A stretch of 62,853 nt of DNA, filler included, from Licmophora abbreviata (GCA_900291995.1; 8 parts of 8 records of this genome joined end to end with filler, not necessarily neighbours in it), one strand, 5' to 3'. Positions 11,122 through 23,680 are shown, counted from the first letter of the whole stretch. Notes: generated by a model from the sequence alone, not told the origin. Numbers and translations: made by a program.

Positions 11122-13944
11122 ATGATGAGTCCTCCGTCGCAGTCGGGAGCTGTTGATTCATCCTCTCCGCCGTCGAAAGGCTCTGGCCAAGCAGATCGCT
11201 ACGTGGACAAGACTGCTTCGGAGCAAATCATGGGCTCGCTGGAAAGAGCACTTGAGGGTGTGAACATCCACGCAAGCGAGTATCAGGTTAACTCAAACTA
11301 TCCGATCGGCTCCAGTGAACACGGCAGTACCACTTCGAATCCCACCGAAAAGGTGAACCCCACAGAACTTGCTGGGACCTCTCCATGGGGGTCATCCTTC
11401 CCATCGGGTGGTTCGGCACTGGGAGGATTTTCCGATTCGAATGGCTTGCAGGGAATGGTCGGAACGGCTAACTCGGAACCGAGCGTTGTCAAGCAGGGGT
11501 CGTCTTTACTGACGGGGTCATCGGCCCCCATTTCCATTCGTGAAGAGCGCCAACCAGGCAACAACGATCGGAATGGCTTGTTTGGGATGGCAGAGAAGCT
11601 GGCCAAAGAACCCCTCTCGCCTGTTCGGAAGGAAAGTCTTGAACTTTTCCTCTCGCAAAGTCCATCCAAGACTCTTGGAGAGGACTTTTTGAAGCTGCGG
11701 GACCCGATTGCCTCCAAGACTGCGGACGGAAAGCCCATTAGCCGATCGGGAAGCGTCCTTAGTCTGGAAGAAGTCGGACGAGCTCCTGGTCCTATTCGTC
11801 GGAAAAGTGATTCACCATCTGTTTCCGTAACGGGAACTTCGGCCTCGAGTCGTTCAGGTTCACCTTTTGCGACAAACGAGACGAACGATGCACGTCGGAC
11901 GATTCAGGCCTTTCACGGGAATGACCTCGCGGGTGGTGCGCGGGCGTTTGTTCCTCAACAGGCCCCTGGCTTGACCATGAGCCATGGTGTCGCTCATCCT
12001 CAGCTAAGCACGTTCGAATTGCAGGGGCTCCAGACTCCTCGGCTGGGAGGTGGCGATATGAATGGGCAACCGCAGAAGAATGGCTATGGAAACGTGTACG
12101 CTCCTTCGATGGACGCTGTCCAGCTGACGCAGGACCAGCAGTTCCAGCAGCAACAAGCTTCCGCTAGTTCTACTCAGGTACTCTACATGGCCGTCCCGAC
12201 TCCGGATGGGCGTGGGCAGATGCTGCAGCCAGTCCAGCTTGCTCAGCTGCCGGGCCAACCGTCGCCTACGTTTGTGCTGCCTCCACAGTCTGGAGGAGCG
12301 CAACCTTCTTCCAAAGCATCGAAGTCTCCTCATCAGCAAAACGTTATGCTGGGTACACTTCCGTCGCATGGGCTACAAGGAACATCGACCCTGGACGGGA
12401 TGACTCCGACCGGAAGCCGGAATCGCGGCTCGAACAGCTGGTCACCGCAGTACCCCCAGAATACATACGACAGTGGCAGCCAATACTCGGCTCGCGGGGG
12501 CGACGACGACTACGGTTCGCGCAGTCAAAATGGTAGACCTGCCCAGGGCAATGGGGACGCGCTGTCCTCCATCTACTCGGCTCCGCAGCGTCCCGCTCTT
12601 GACGAGCTGCTGGGCAATGTCCGTCGTTTGTCTCGTGACCAAGTCGGATGCCGCTTATTGCAGCAGGCCTTGGACGAGGAAGGACCTCAGGCTGCGACAC
12701 TCATTCTCAATGAAGGATTGTCGTTTTGGGGTGAAGCCATGGTGGATCCATTCGGTAACTATCTGTTCCAGAAGATTCTTGAGAAGATTACTGCCGAAGA
12801 GCGCGTCATGCTCGTCAAGAGCGTCAGTGCCCGCCTGGTTAATGCCAGTTTGAACCTTCACGGAACGAGAAGCGTGCAAAAAGTCGTCGAGCTCTGCGCC
12901 ATGGACGAAAGAAGCAAGCTGCCGAACGCGACGGAGGGAACAGCGGCAGATGTGCTGACCCGATCATTGGAACCGGCGGCTGCTCGTCTATGCATTGACA
13001 GCCACGGCAACCATGTCATTCAGCGTATCCTTCTCAAGCTGAGCCACACGCACTCCATGTTTGTCTTTGACGCCGTTGCCGCCAGTGTTGGCGACGTTGC
13101 CCGTCATCGTCATGGCTGTTGTGTGATTCAGCGTTGCCTCGACTCTCCTCCAAGTGAAGCGCGATCGCACCTTGTCGGTCGCATCGTGGAGAAATCGTTG
13201 CAGCTAATGCAGGACGCCTACGGAAACTATGTTGTCCAGTACGTGCTCGATGTGTGCTCCGAGGAAGACGTCCAGGCAGTGTGCGAGAGCGTTGTCGGCA
13301 AGGTCTGTTTACTCGCTATTCAGAAGTTCAGTTCCAACGTGATGGAGAAGTGTTTGGAGCGTGGTAATGATCACTTGCGCGACATGTATCTACAAGAGCT
13401 TAGCGACGCCGACCGCATTCGAGAGCTCATGATGGATCCCTTTGGAAACTACGTTGTTCAACGGGCGCTCTCCGTCGCGTCGCACACCCAAGCCGTTCGG
13501 TTGGTCGAAGCCATGCGGCCTCATCTCCTGGCCTCGCAACCGAACCATCCCAATGGCCAGCGCAACGGCGGCATGCGTAACACCGCCGGTGGACGTCGCA
13601 TCATGTCCAAGATCTGCCGTCGCTTTCCCAACTTCACGTTAAGTCCTGAAGTTCCGCCTGAGCAGCTATACGCTCAGCATAAGGGTCACCGCACGCACCA
13701 CCAAGCTCCAGCCTCCGCATCATCATACCATCACGTGATGGCACCAGCCCACCACCATCAGCCAGTTCAGTACATGACTGAGCCGCATCGAGGAGGGCGC
13801 CGCCATGCAAACGCCGCTCCGCCTCAAGCACAGCAGCAGCAGCAACAACTGTACTACGATGCGGGTGCATTGCCTGGCTACTACGATCATACTATGCAGG
13901 CCGGGCAATACCAATCGGGCTACCACCCCCACGGCAATATGTGA
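11122..13944 (+). CDS. Pumilio/PUF RNA-binding protein
   Basis: Puf repeats DQVGCRLLQ, DPFGNYLFQ, NLHGTRSVQ, DSHGNHVIQ, HRHGCCVIQ, DAYGNYVVQ, QKFSSNVME, DPFGNYVVQ after a long low-complexity N-terminus. Confidence 0.95.
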   Translation: MMSPPSQSGAVDSSSPPSKGSGQADRYVDKTASEQIMGSLERALEGVNIHASEYQVNSNYPIGSSEHGSTTSNPTEKVNPTELAGTSPWGSSFPSGGSALGGFSDSNGLQGMVGTANSEPSVVKQGSSLLTGSSAPISIREERQPGNNDRNGLFGMAEKLAKEPLSPVRKESLELFLSQSPSKTLGEDFLKLRDPIASKTADGKPISRSGSVLSLEEVGRAPGPIRRKSDSPSVSVTGTSASSRSGSPFATNETNDARRTIQAFHGNDLAGGARAFVPQQAPGLTMSHGVAHPQLSTFELQGLQTPRLGGGDMNGQPQKNGYGNVYAPSMDAVQLTQDQQFQQQQASASSTQVLYMAVPTPDGRGQMLQPVQLAQLPGQPSPTFVLPPQSGGAQPSSKASKSPHQQNVMLGTLPSHGLQGTSTLDGMTPTGSRNRGSNSWSPQYPQNTYDSGSQYSARGGDDDYGSRSQNGRPAQGNGDALSSIYSAPQRPALDELLGNVRRLSRDQVGCRLLQQALDEEGPQAATLILNEGLSFWGEAMVDPFGNYLFQKILEKITAEERVMLVKSVSARLVNASLNLHGTRSVQKVVELCAMDERSKLPNATEGTAADVLTRSLEPAAARLCIDSHGNHVIQRILLKLSHTHSMFVFDAVAASVGDVARHRHGCCVIQRCLDSPPSEARSHLVGRIVEKSLQLMQDAYGNYVVQYVLDVCSEEDVQAVCESVVGKVCLLAIQKFSSNVMEKCLERGNDHLRDMYLQELSDADRIRELMMDPFGNYVVQRALSVASHTQAVRLVEAMRPHLLASQPNHPNGQRNGGMRNTAGGRRIMSKICRRFPNFTLSPEVPPEQLYAQHKGHRTHHQAPASASSYHHVMAPAHHHQPVQYMTEPHRGGRRHANAAPPQAQQQQQQLYYDAGALPGYYDHTMQAGQYQSGYHPHGNM

Positions 13945-14270
13945 GCGGGCTTTTCTACTCAGATGCCGCTCTGGAAGGGGATATTTTGCGATTCATCGTT
14001 TTGCAAATCGAAGTTGAGTGTGAGTGTACTTTTAATTAGACTGTTACCGAGCCTTGTTGCATCTCACTGTGAAAAGTATAAAGAAATGAAAATGTTACCA
14101 ACGAAAGCTAAAATTGAGAGATGCGAATTCAACGATGCCTGCAGTGCTACCGTCACCATGCGGGCGCAGTGGGTAGGAACCTAGATAGGAAGCAAATTGT
14201 ACTAAAGTGTCTCTCTTACTTGTGTAAGTCGTGGCGCACTGGTGATTAGGAATACCCGGATTTCGTTCCA

Positions 14271-16082
14271 CTACAGCGGACCAATGGCAAATCGTTCCTC
14301 GCCCCATAACTGATCGTCAGTATCTAGCCAGTCTTCCATAGTGACGAGCACTTCTTCGCAGTCGTTCTCTTCAACTTCGGGTGGAACGGCGCCGACCGCC
14401 TGTGCTGCAGCCGACGGCGCTGCCATGGCGACTTCCATGTCGTCCTTGAGCGCTGCGATGGCAATCTCTTCGATACGACGGCTGGCACTCGTGTGGTCAA
14501 TCGGGTCCGGTAACAAATCAAGCAGCTGCTGCGTGGACTTGGCCGCATGTTTCAGGCCACGGCCGGCGGTAAGCATGGTCACGGGTGCAACATTGGGGTG
14601 GCCCGGATGAGGGACGCGGTCAATACACAGTCGACCACCACGTCCCAGTCGAGGACGATGGCGAAATCGAAAAGTAGGAGTTGCATGCGTGTTAGTATAG
14701 CTCGGAATGAAGGGAACAGCCCTGTCGTACGACGTGGCGTACGTTTCACGCGTGTTGAGGGGATGCACGTAAAGCGGCGCCGGTTCGCCGTGGTTGCGTC
14801 CGGCCACGACGGCTGGAGTCGGTGCACCAGCCGTACCTTCGTCTCTTGTTGTCGACACATCCATGCCACCCATATGCGGCGGAAACTGATGGGATGGACG
14901 CAACTCGTCGTCTCCCTCTCCCCTGCGGCGCTTGCGAGAAAGTTTCGACCCCATCATGGACGTCTCGTCAAAGTAACTGGAAACGTCCAATAGACGTTCG
15001 ACTTGACCCTTGCTCAGTCTAGAGCTGACTCGAGGCAGTCCACTGGTATCGACTACATCATAGATGCGTTGTTCAAACCAGTCTGCTTGTAGTTGAATCA
15101 TACATCGGCTCAATTCTTCACGTCGCTTGGTAAGACCCAACAAGACTTGTACCTTCTGAAAGTCACTTTTGAGCTGTTTCATCTTGCGGTAGGCGTCCAT
15201 ATCATTCTGACGCTTCTTGCGCAGCTTGTACTTTTCCTTCTCGCGAGGTCGAAACACCAAGTGAGGATTTGTATCGTCCGTGGCCGTCACCGGCCAAAAT
15301 CGTCGTAGTAGCGGTCGCTTGAGCTTGGAACGTTTTTGTAGCCAGTATGTGTATACATCATTCAATACATGCTTGACCGTCACGTTACCGCCCGAAGCCC
15401 GGAAGGGAAAAAGGTGAAGGAGCTGCGGGACCTTCGATTTCAACATTCGTTCGGCCTGATCAGACGTCATGATGGCTTCAAAGCCGGTATCTTTCTCCAT
15501 CGTGTCCAACATGCGCTCGAGAAGTTCCAACGATAGCTGCGGTCGTTTGGTGCTATGAGTACTTGTTTCAGCATCTCCAGCATGCTTGCTCGCAGATCCA
15601 AACTTGGAATTGTTAATGAGCCAGACTTCGTCTTCGGCATCGGCGACATACTCCAATTCCGTTTCGACTTCTACCGGTGTTGGACGCTGGTAGCGCACGT
15701 AGGACGAGGGGGCATGGTACGTGTCCGGAATGTCCTTCTTGTACGTGTCGACAGTCAGAATTTGAGGAGTCGGAATATCGAGTTTTTGTTTTTGTTGAAG
15801 CATGGGAACCTGTTGAGTAGGGAAGGAGAACGGTGAATGTGTTGATCTTAGCAAGACGAGTGCAGTTAGAATAAGGCACAGGGTAATATACCGGAATCGA
15901 CTTACAGAGGTGCTCGCGGCATCTCCCAAATCGGAGATTGTTTTTCGCGTTCCCTCTTCATCGTCGTACGTGAGCGTATCGGAAGAGTCCCGAATGATGG
16001 CAACCTTTCTGTAGACATTGAGAGACGCCACAGCACCGCCGCTGCCGGTGCTGCTCTTCATCGTGCTGTTGGTCGCCGCTGC
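14271..16082 (-). CDS. EPL1: Enhancer of polycomb-like (NuA4/TIP60 subunit); intron ~15905-15812; 5' end may lie in the gap
   Basis: DIPTP, EYVADAEDEVWL, LERMLDTMEK, YTYWLQKR..LKRPLL, DTNPHLVFRPRE, RPRLGRGGRLCIDR are EPC/Epl1 motifs. Confidence 0.9.
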   Translation of the reverse strand, partial: AAATNSTMKSSTGSGGAVASLNVYRKVAIIRDSSDTLTYDDEEGTRKTISDLGDAASTSVSRFRYITLCLILTALVLLRSTHSPFSFPTQQVPMLQQKQKLDIPTPQILTVDTYKKDIPDTYHAPSSYVRYQRPTPVEVETELEYVADAEDEVWLINNSKFGSASKHAGDAETSTHSTKRPQLSLELLERMLDTMEKDTGFEAIMTSDQAERMLKSKVPQLLHLFPFRASGGNVTVKHVLNDVYTYWLQKRSKLKRPLLRRFWPVTATDDTNPHLVFRPREKEKYKLRKKRQNDMDAYRKMKQLKSDFQKVQVLLGLTKRREELSRCMIQLQADWFEQRIYDVVDTSGLPRVSSRLSKGQVERLLDVSSYFDETSMMGSKLSRKRRRGEGDDELRPSHQFPPHMGGMDVSTTRDEGTAGAPTPAVVAGRNHGEPAPLYVHPLNTRETYATSYDRAVPFIPSYTNTHATPTFRFRHRPRLGRGGRLCIDRVPHPGHPNVAPVTMLTAGRGLKHAAKSTQQLLDLLPDPIDHTSASRRIEEIAIAALKDDMEVAMAAPSAAAQAVGAVPPEVEENDCEEVLVTMEDWLDTDDQLWGEERFAIGPL

Positions 16083-16276
16083 NNNNNNNNNNNNNNNNNN
16101 NNNNNNNNNNNNNNNNNNNNNNNNNNTTAATTAATTAANNNNNNNNNNNNNNNNNNNNNNNNNNNNNNNNNNNNNNNNNNNNCGTCTGTGGAGCCGCCAT
16201 CCATTCCAAACTCCTCCGATCATGTCGCAGCGGTACTCACACTTTCACAAATCGACGTCACAGTGCGACACGCAAG

Positions 16277-17850
16277 ATGTTTCGTCCACACCCGGCGACG
16301 ACCATGATGGATGATGTGACGACGAGGGACGAGTCGCTCGAGGAGGAGGACGCTGGCACCGAAATTTCCTCCCATAGGATGGAACATGAAGTGCCTACAG
16401 CGTTGCGATTCAGTAAGAGGCCGACTTTACTATCGCCTGCGTCGGCGAGGCATAGAAAGTCGGTCTCCAATGATCTGGCCACCGGAAAGGAAGGCGGTGC
16501 ACGGGATGCCTGTGTCGCTGAGGTACAGTATGCGAAGCTTGATGCATGCCGCCGTGACTTGACTCGCGTGATTACTTTACTCAGGCACACTCTTGTCACT
16601 TATGCAGGTTCGTCCGGAACGAGACTGTGTGGCTCGAAAGCGTCGTACAGTTCAGTCTTTGACGAAGATGATTCCTTTTCCCAAAATCAAGATTCGTCGG
16701 TCCGAATCAACCTCCAATTACGCCGAGGAGGATGAGGATGAAGAGGATCATCCTGTTTCCATGCACGGTCGACTTATGGTGCAGCAGTCGCGATATATGG
16801 GAAGGTACTCCTCGTCTGACGACGACGACGACGACGACGAAAAGTACAAGGGAAAGAAAAAGAAGAAAAACAAAGGCAGATTGACTCCCATGACACAATA
16901 TCGACTCTCTGCACCCAAGGTATGGACGAATGGATTAGACGATGAATGACCATCTGTGTATGCTGTCCTGTTGCTTCCTATGGATGTTTGTCGACTCAAC
17001 AGGGAACCTTCTCTTTTTTATCTTGTCGCACGACTTCAGCAAAAGAAGGGATTCTGGGGTCGTGTGTTGAGCTTCTGCGGCATCTCTACCAGCTCCTCGG
17101 GAATTTACGACAATGCTGGCTCCATTGATGCAGGTTGTCAGTGCTGTGGCTGTCATCCGAACGCGGCCATTGCAAACTACTTGAATTGGGCCTTTCGCAA
17201 CAACCTGTTCATGGTACTATTCTCGGGAGCCATAGGGTTCTTCACGCTGACGATTGCGTTTGCGGCCGTCATGCTTGCTATTGGAAGGAACCGACCGAAC
17301 TGCATTACCGTCAATGGACACTACTTTAACGGAACGGCAGCAGATTTTTCGGATGCGTATGCGTTGAGCTGGACGACGTTTAGTACTGTTGTGAGTGTCA
17401 TGCTGATAGAAAAAGCGGTAGTATTCGGAGACGACTTGATCTGTGTCCGTCTTGTAATCTCACAATCCTTTGTCATCCTGACGTGCACAGGGCTACGGCT
17501 TGGTGTACCCGTCAACGTCCACGTCTTGGCAAGATTCGCATCGAGCTGAGTGTGCTGGTATTCAAGCCCTTTGTACACTGGAGAGTTTCGTCGGAATTCT
17601 CTTTGCGAGTTTCTGTGGAGCTGTCATGTTTGCAAAGGTGGCACGCATTCGAAGTCACGCGCAAGTTGTTTTCAGTGACCCGCTCGTTGTTCGATATGGG
17701 CGTGGCGTGCTTATAAACGAAGATGACGACAGGTCTTCGAGTGCTACGAGCGGGAAAGCCGGCGATCTCGATCCTGCTTTGAACGGAAAGATTCATCTTC
17801 ATCATCTGCCGCCTCCTGTTCTCGAGTTTCGCATCATCAACCGCCTCAAT
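16277..17850 (+). CDS. Inward-rectifier (Kir-like) potassium channel, 4 exons seen, 3' end in gap
   Basis: TM1, DAYALSWTTFSTV/GYG filter joined across intron 17391-17490, TM2 LESFVGILFASFCGAVMFAKVAR, VVFSDPLVV, LEFRIINR. Confidence 0.88.
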
Positions 17851-17950
17851 NNNNNNNNNNNNNNNNNNNNNNNNNNNNNNNNNNNNNNNNNNNNTTAATT
17901 AATTAANNNNNNNNNNNNNNNNNNNNNNNNNNNNNNNNNNNNNNNNNNNN

Positions 17951-18764
17951 TCTCCGCCACGTGTGCACTCGGGTAGCGCTCATTCTTAGCGGGTGTTGCC
18001 TGTCGGACAGCAGCAAGATAGGACAGAATGTCCATGTCGAGACTCGCAGACTTGAGCTCGTCCAGGACGAGAAGCTTAATGTCGCGAGCACTGGTGTTGC
18101 CCACCAAGCGGCCATCCTCCTCGTCGACAACGGCGATTCCCGAAAGTCTGTGCGAATCCAACAATTCAAAAACGTTCAGAGCGGAAGCAGTATCCTTGGC
18201 AGAGATGATGTCTTTCTTGTATTCCAGGCCAGCTTCCGCTAGGGTTTCATCCAAAGCGTCCTGAACTTTGTCGACGAGGAACTTGACTAGTGCAGACTGC
18301 GAAATGATACTTACGCAACGGCCTTCGTCGTTGACGATCGGGATGCGATGACAAGTCTGCTTGGTAAGAGTGGCACAAATCTGCTCCAAGGGGGTGTCCG
18401 CTTTACAAGAAACGAAGGGGTTCCTCGCGGACAGGTAGGACGTACTGAGATGCATCGCGCTGAACCATGTGGTCATGACGTCGGGATCTGGCGATGCGGC
18501 TCCCTCGGTCTCGTGCTCTTTGTGAGATGCAATGACAGCACTAAGAATGTCCCTCATGTCGAAGAATCCGACGTACTTTTTCTGTTTGTCGTCCCAGACG
18601 GGTGCTCCAAGAATGTTGTTCTCCCACAAGACCTTGGCAGCGTCCATCGGGGTCACGGTGGAATCAATCTCGATCACTGCGCCCGACGTTTCAATTTCGC
18701 TCGCCTTGCTATTCTGAAGGACATGGCGAAGTGCCATGGCACTCTTGCTGGTGTGTGTAACCAT
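17951..18764 (-). CDS. CBS (Bateman) domain protein, AMPK-gamma/SNF4/Sds23-like; 3' end in gap
   Basis: NILGAPVWD..YVGFFDMRDI, HRIPIVN...SIISQSALV, LSGIAVVD..LVGNTSARDI: tandem CBS motifs. Confidence 0.85.
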
Positions 18765-19087
18765 GGTAGTTCGAACGAAGGAAGGTATATCCTATCGGGT
18801 TCTAGTCGACGATGCAGGGCGTGATGGCATCGAATCTTTTTCTTCTGGAGTGTCGCGCGACGATTGATGGCAAAATCCTGGTGGAGAGTACACGAGCTGT
18901 TTCCGTATTGCTGGTATCATATTGGTTAACTAATGCTAATTATAATCATCACTATTGACCACCTTTTTCATATTAATCATATCCACTCTAGTTGTTCGCA
19001 TTTTGCACCGCTACCGGCACATAGACTGCTGATACGCAACGACTGCAAGCTAGGCTATTGCGAAGGGAGCATATGAAAGTTGTTTCC

Positions 19088-20430
19088 TTACGGCTCTGGG
19101 TTGAGTAAGCGAGCGCTATGGCCAAGCGTTTTACCGATATCGATGTCAGACAGCCTCGAATCTGCTCGCTCCGACACTGGACGGGCGCCAGGGAAGAACA
19201 CCTTCTCTCGAAGCGTTATTATTTGCTGATAATTCTGAATTGACAGTTCATTGTCCACATCAATCCCATCCAATGTTAACTGATTCGTGAATGGATCTTC
19301 CATAAAAGTGACACTCTCAAACAGACCCGTGAGCGCAAAGGATGTCAAAATGGCAAATAGGATTCCAAGTGCCAACGAGTTCACGTCTCTCGCCAGCTGG
19401 GCGTAGTAAGGAGTGTAGAATGCTGGAAGAAAAATACTGAACAGCCTCGAAAAGCTACGAAGAGCTTGAGGAGTTCGATAAAGTTTGATCATCTTCAAGG
19501 TCTCCATATCCTCTTGGACTAGTCGCTCCCACTGACGAAGCCGAGCGGCCTCACCCGAATTCAGACCTGCCTTCTTCAAGTCCTCACAAAGCTGCGAAAG
19601 CCGACACATTCTAAGTAGAATAAAGGTGAAGAGCTCGCGCGAATATTCTAGGTCTCAATTGCCTCCTTCCTCCCCGCCCGGGTGACGCGGTGTCGCGTAC
19701 GCGTCGCGTTGGGTAAAGTCAGATATTTGGTAAACTCATCGCTGATACCAATGAGCTGCGTCATGGCCTCGTCGGCATGCTGTTGCCAGTCGGTAGAGGA
19801 TGCCACACGACCAGTACGTTCTTGGCCCGGTATAACCCAATCCCAAGAGGCGTGAGCTATATAGATCTTGCCGAGTACTCCACGCATCTGAGCCAACCTC
19901 TGGAGTGCCTGCTCTCGCCTTTGCCACGACATGCTCAGACTGGCTGACATAGGAGAGACGATCGCAAATGACAAGATTACCCAGTCCATCGCACTAGCAT
20001 CCCAGTTTTCGCTGTCCGTCTGTCAAGACAAAGCGGCGCATGAGTCGATAATCCTGTCGTCTGTTGTTTGCGTTGAGCCACCATTTTCGCTTTTAGTACG
20101 TACCGCCGTCACGTAAACATAAACTGTGAGCCCCACAGTCAGCAATAGGCCTACTATGCACTCAAGAGATATCATATGTATGGCAAACACCACGAGCGCA
20201 GAATATCCCTGAGCGAGGAACAAGTAGACCAGGCCATGTTGACACTTGATCTTGATTTCTCGTTCCTTCTCCCTGAGACGCCGCTCTTCGTGCTGATTCA
20301 ATGCCTTGATTCCCCGCGTCCCAGCGAGCGAGGTCCTCCGCTGCACACGCAGCTGCTCCGAAGATGTGAGATCCTGTTCTTTAGCAGCGCCTCTATTGCC
20401 TTGAACACCAGTTCCCGTCATCGTCACCAT
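19088..20430 (-). CDS. Bestrophin-like membrane protein; intron ~20103-20020; apparent 1-bp frameshift at ~19651
   Basis: TM segments, RREQAL..LA, KLYRTPQALRSF, MEDPF...DGID (resembles the bestrophin EDPF/acidic motif). Confidence 0.65.
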
Positions 20431-20712
20431 CAGTTTCGTCTCAGATCGTTTTGCAATCGAAAGTCAACATCAACGTGTGTTTGAGGCGGCACATAAGTGA
20501 ATTCTGACACTAAGACGTGGATGTGACATTCGGACATTTCGGTGCGTTGCTTGATTGATTGAGAGCAACCCGCTGTCACCCGCCAGGACGAAAATACCTT
20601 AGCTTGTACTCCNNNNNNNNNNNNNNNNNNNNNNNNNNNNNNNNNNNNNNNNNNNNTTAATTAATTAANNNNNNNNNNNNNNNNNNNNNNNNNNNNNNNN
20701 NNNNNNNNNNNN

Positions 20713-21869
20713 GTTCCATGGTGGTCTTCTCTGCTTCAGCGGCAGTGTCAACTGTACCTTTTGCTTCTAGTTCAATCACATTTTTTGCTGAGACCTCTTC
20801 TTCTTTGAGAACATCTTCAGCAGAAACCATGTGATCGACGGCATCAGTGTTTACCTGTCCTCCCACAACAGCGTCTACAGCAAACCCCTCATCGGTCGGA
20901 GATGCGAGAATTTCACCTGTGCCGACTTGCATCACATCTTCTTCAGTCGACTTGGCCAAACCAGCGGCTGCGCCAGCGGTCGCTGCGACACCTTTGACTT
21001 TCTCCGTCAAATTGCCAAGCGCGTTCTTCGTGCCTTCGGTGGTCTTTTCGACAGCCTTAGCCACTGTATCTTCGACAGACTTAGCGGCGCCGACGGAAGT
21101 CCCAGCACCGTCTCCGATCACGTCATCTCCGGAGGCTTCTGGAACCTCGTCGGTAGGTGCTCCGGGGATCTCGAGAGCCTGCACTTTCTGCGTTACGACA
21201 TCAATTGCGTCACCCGTCTTGTCCGATACAGCCCCGACTGCCGCTGTGGTCACGCCCACGGTTTTCGCAGCCATTTCCTTTGGCGCAATGCCTTCAGCTT
21301 TCTCTAAGATAGGAGCGGGAACGTCGACTGCGGCAACCTTCTCGGGAACAGAGATTGGAGATTTCACTTCTTCCTCAACGGCGGGAGCCTCTTTCGGGAT
21401 TTCATCTGCAATCTCGGTGACAACAGACGATACGGACACCTTGAGGTCGGCCGCAGAGACAGCTTCGTCAGACGGTGTCGTCTCCAAGAGACTGTCCCCA
21501 GCTGGTCGAGGCGCTTCCACTTCATCGCTCGGAGCCTCTCGCGCTTCCACCTCGACCTTGTCGCTGATGCTAGCCGGGACCTGAACCGGGACTTCAGCGG
21601 GCCCGCGTTTCTCCTTTTCCGGAGTTAACTCATCCAGTGAAGGAACCTCTCCAAGGCTCGCAATCGCGGCCGCAAGGGTGGCTTGACCTTTCTTAGCCTG
21701 TGGGAATGGTAACGGGCGTCGATGAAGAGCATATTCGTAAGCGAACACAATGCAAGTAGCGAAAATGGGCGAATATCCGTTCTGACATGAATAGAAGTCT
21801 TACCTCGTCGCTCATCTTGACCGCCGACTTGGCAATCGCTTCCGTCACCGACGGTTCTTTTTCTGACAT
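20713..21869 (-). CDS. Acidic Ala/Glu/Val/Thr-rich low-complexity protein, 2 exons, 3' end in gap
   Basis: Exon 1 MSEKEPSVTEAIAKSAVKMSDE (GTAAGA donor) spliced to AKKGQATL...; open to the gap. Confidence 0.7.
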
Positions 21870-22207
21870 GGTTGTTCAGCGACGAAACGTCTCAATCAGC
21901 TTTGTTGCGTTGCAAACACAGCTCAAAGGGCTTGAGAACTGTGATGTCGTCGCCAATGATGTGTTGTTGCCTTTTTTGTGTCCCAAGTTTCCTGTCCACG
22001 GTCCACGGAAAAAGCTGGCTCGCGCGCCAACATTATGAAAAAACGTGGATAAAATGATGTCCGAGGAATGTCTGAGTCGTATTATGTGATGTCACAGCCT
22101 GACTCCATCACCTTGAAGTCGAAAGTGTCACGTCTTCACTTTTTCGAAACTTTTTGTTGCGACGATGGGAACACCAACGGTAGACAGCAGCAAACAACGG
22201 CAACCAA

Positions 22208-23599
22208 ATGGACACAACTCAAGAGAACAGTATCGCCGACGACGGCACCACACGGGAAGTAGAAGCCTCAATCGTAGACTATGGAGAATCAGAGCTCTTG
22301 GGAGGGCAGCTCAGGATTGCGTCTGCGTGCTCGTGGTATGTCAACAAGAACGAAGATCGTCATGTGGTTCTCTTTGCTGAACCTGAACTCGGTAAGCTTT
22401 GGTGCAAGAAGGCACCCATAAAATCATGTCAGTCGGCCTCATCCCTCTCACCTCCACCTATACGATAGAGGGCTGTCAAAAGTTTGCCGATCCCAAGGCG
22501 CCACTCATGGTTGCATTTGCTTCCGTGTTCGACGGCCACGACGGACCCTTGGCATCCGAGTATTGCTCCGAAGGTCTGCTACCACACATACTTTCCGAAA
22601 CATCCGAGACCGTTCATAGACATGGCTCCAGCTGGCTAAACAAAGTACACGCGATCGATGGAAGCATTACGGCGTCGGCGTTGGAGGCGGGATACATCAA
22701 CGCGTTTCATCGCGCGGAAGATCGATTTGCTGCCAACGAGCCACCCCCTACGCTGGAGGATGTGAGGGGTGGGGTACAAGCGACCAGACTGCATGATGAC
22801 GGTCTTTGTAGTCACGTCTGTCCTTTTCCACGGCGACAAAAACCATTGATTGGAGGGACGACTGCAACTACGTTGGCCGTGGTAAGTTGAGACGACCGGA
22901 GCCAGTTGTGTTTCTCACAGTATTGACCGGTCAGCCAGCCTCACGATTCAACTCACCATTCTAACAATGCAGTACAGCGAAAAGCTTCATGAAGGTGATC
23001 ATGCATACCGCGTTATTCCATACACGTTTATTGCAAACACCGGCGACAGTCGCATCATTACAGACGATGGGAGTGGGACGAGCGTATTTCGGCAAGTGAC
23101 GAACGATCATCGACCCGCTCAGCCTGGAGAGAAAAGTCGGCTGCGTTCATTGGTACAAAAGGGGCAAGTGACAATTCAAAGGTATCCGGACGAGAGTATT
23201 CTTCGAATTTTTCCTGGTAGTATCTCCGTATCTCGAACGATCGGAGACGTGACTCTGTCAAGTGCACTCATCTCCAAGCCCGATACATTTCGAGTACCAC
23301 TTCTGGATGACGAGGACTCAAGGACGCAACGATTTGTTCTAGGATGCGACGGATTGTTTGATGTTTTATCGAACGAGGAAGTCGGAAAGCTTGCTGCTCG
23401 TCGGCAACAAGGTGGTGCGCCCGATGCTGAAATGCATGTAGTTTCGCCAAAGGAGGCGGTCAGGCGAGTAATGGAACGATGCCTGCAGAGCGGTGGATAT
23501 GTGGACGATGTTACGATCATAGTGTTTGATATCACTTGCACTTTACAGCAGACAGAACCTGTGAGCTCAACGACTCTTGGAAGTGAGCAGCGTCCGTAA
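22208..23599 (+). CDS. PP2C/PPM-family protein phosphatase, 3 exons
   Basis: NEDR, VFDGHDG, GTTA, ANTGDSR, DHRP, VSRTIGD, LGCDGLFD, DDVT motifs; introns ~22392-22468 and ~22882-22971. Confidence 0.9.
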
Positions 23600-23680
23600 G
23601 GGGCTTGCGCGCGACAAGTATTGGCATCTCCAAGAATTTGTGTATGACTGGCTAAGCTGTAACATTGATTATTTATCGTC

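Noticed and set aside
16277..20430. Kir + CBS + bestrophin-like genes as an ion-transport cluster
   Set aside because: Interrupted by a gap of unknown size, mixed orientation, and no shared regulatory signal seen.
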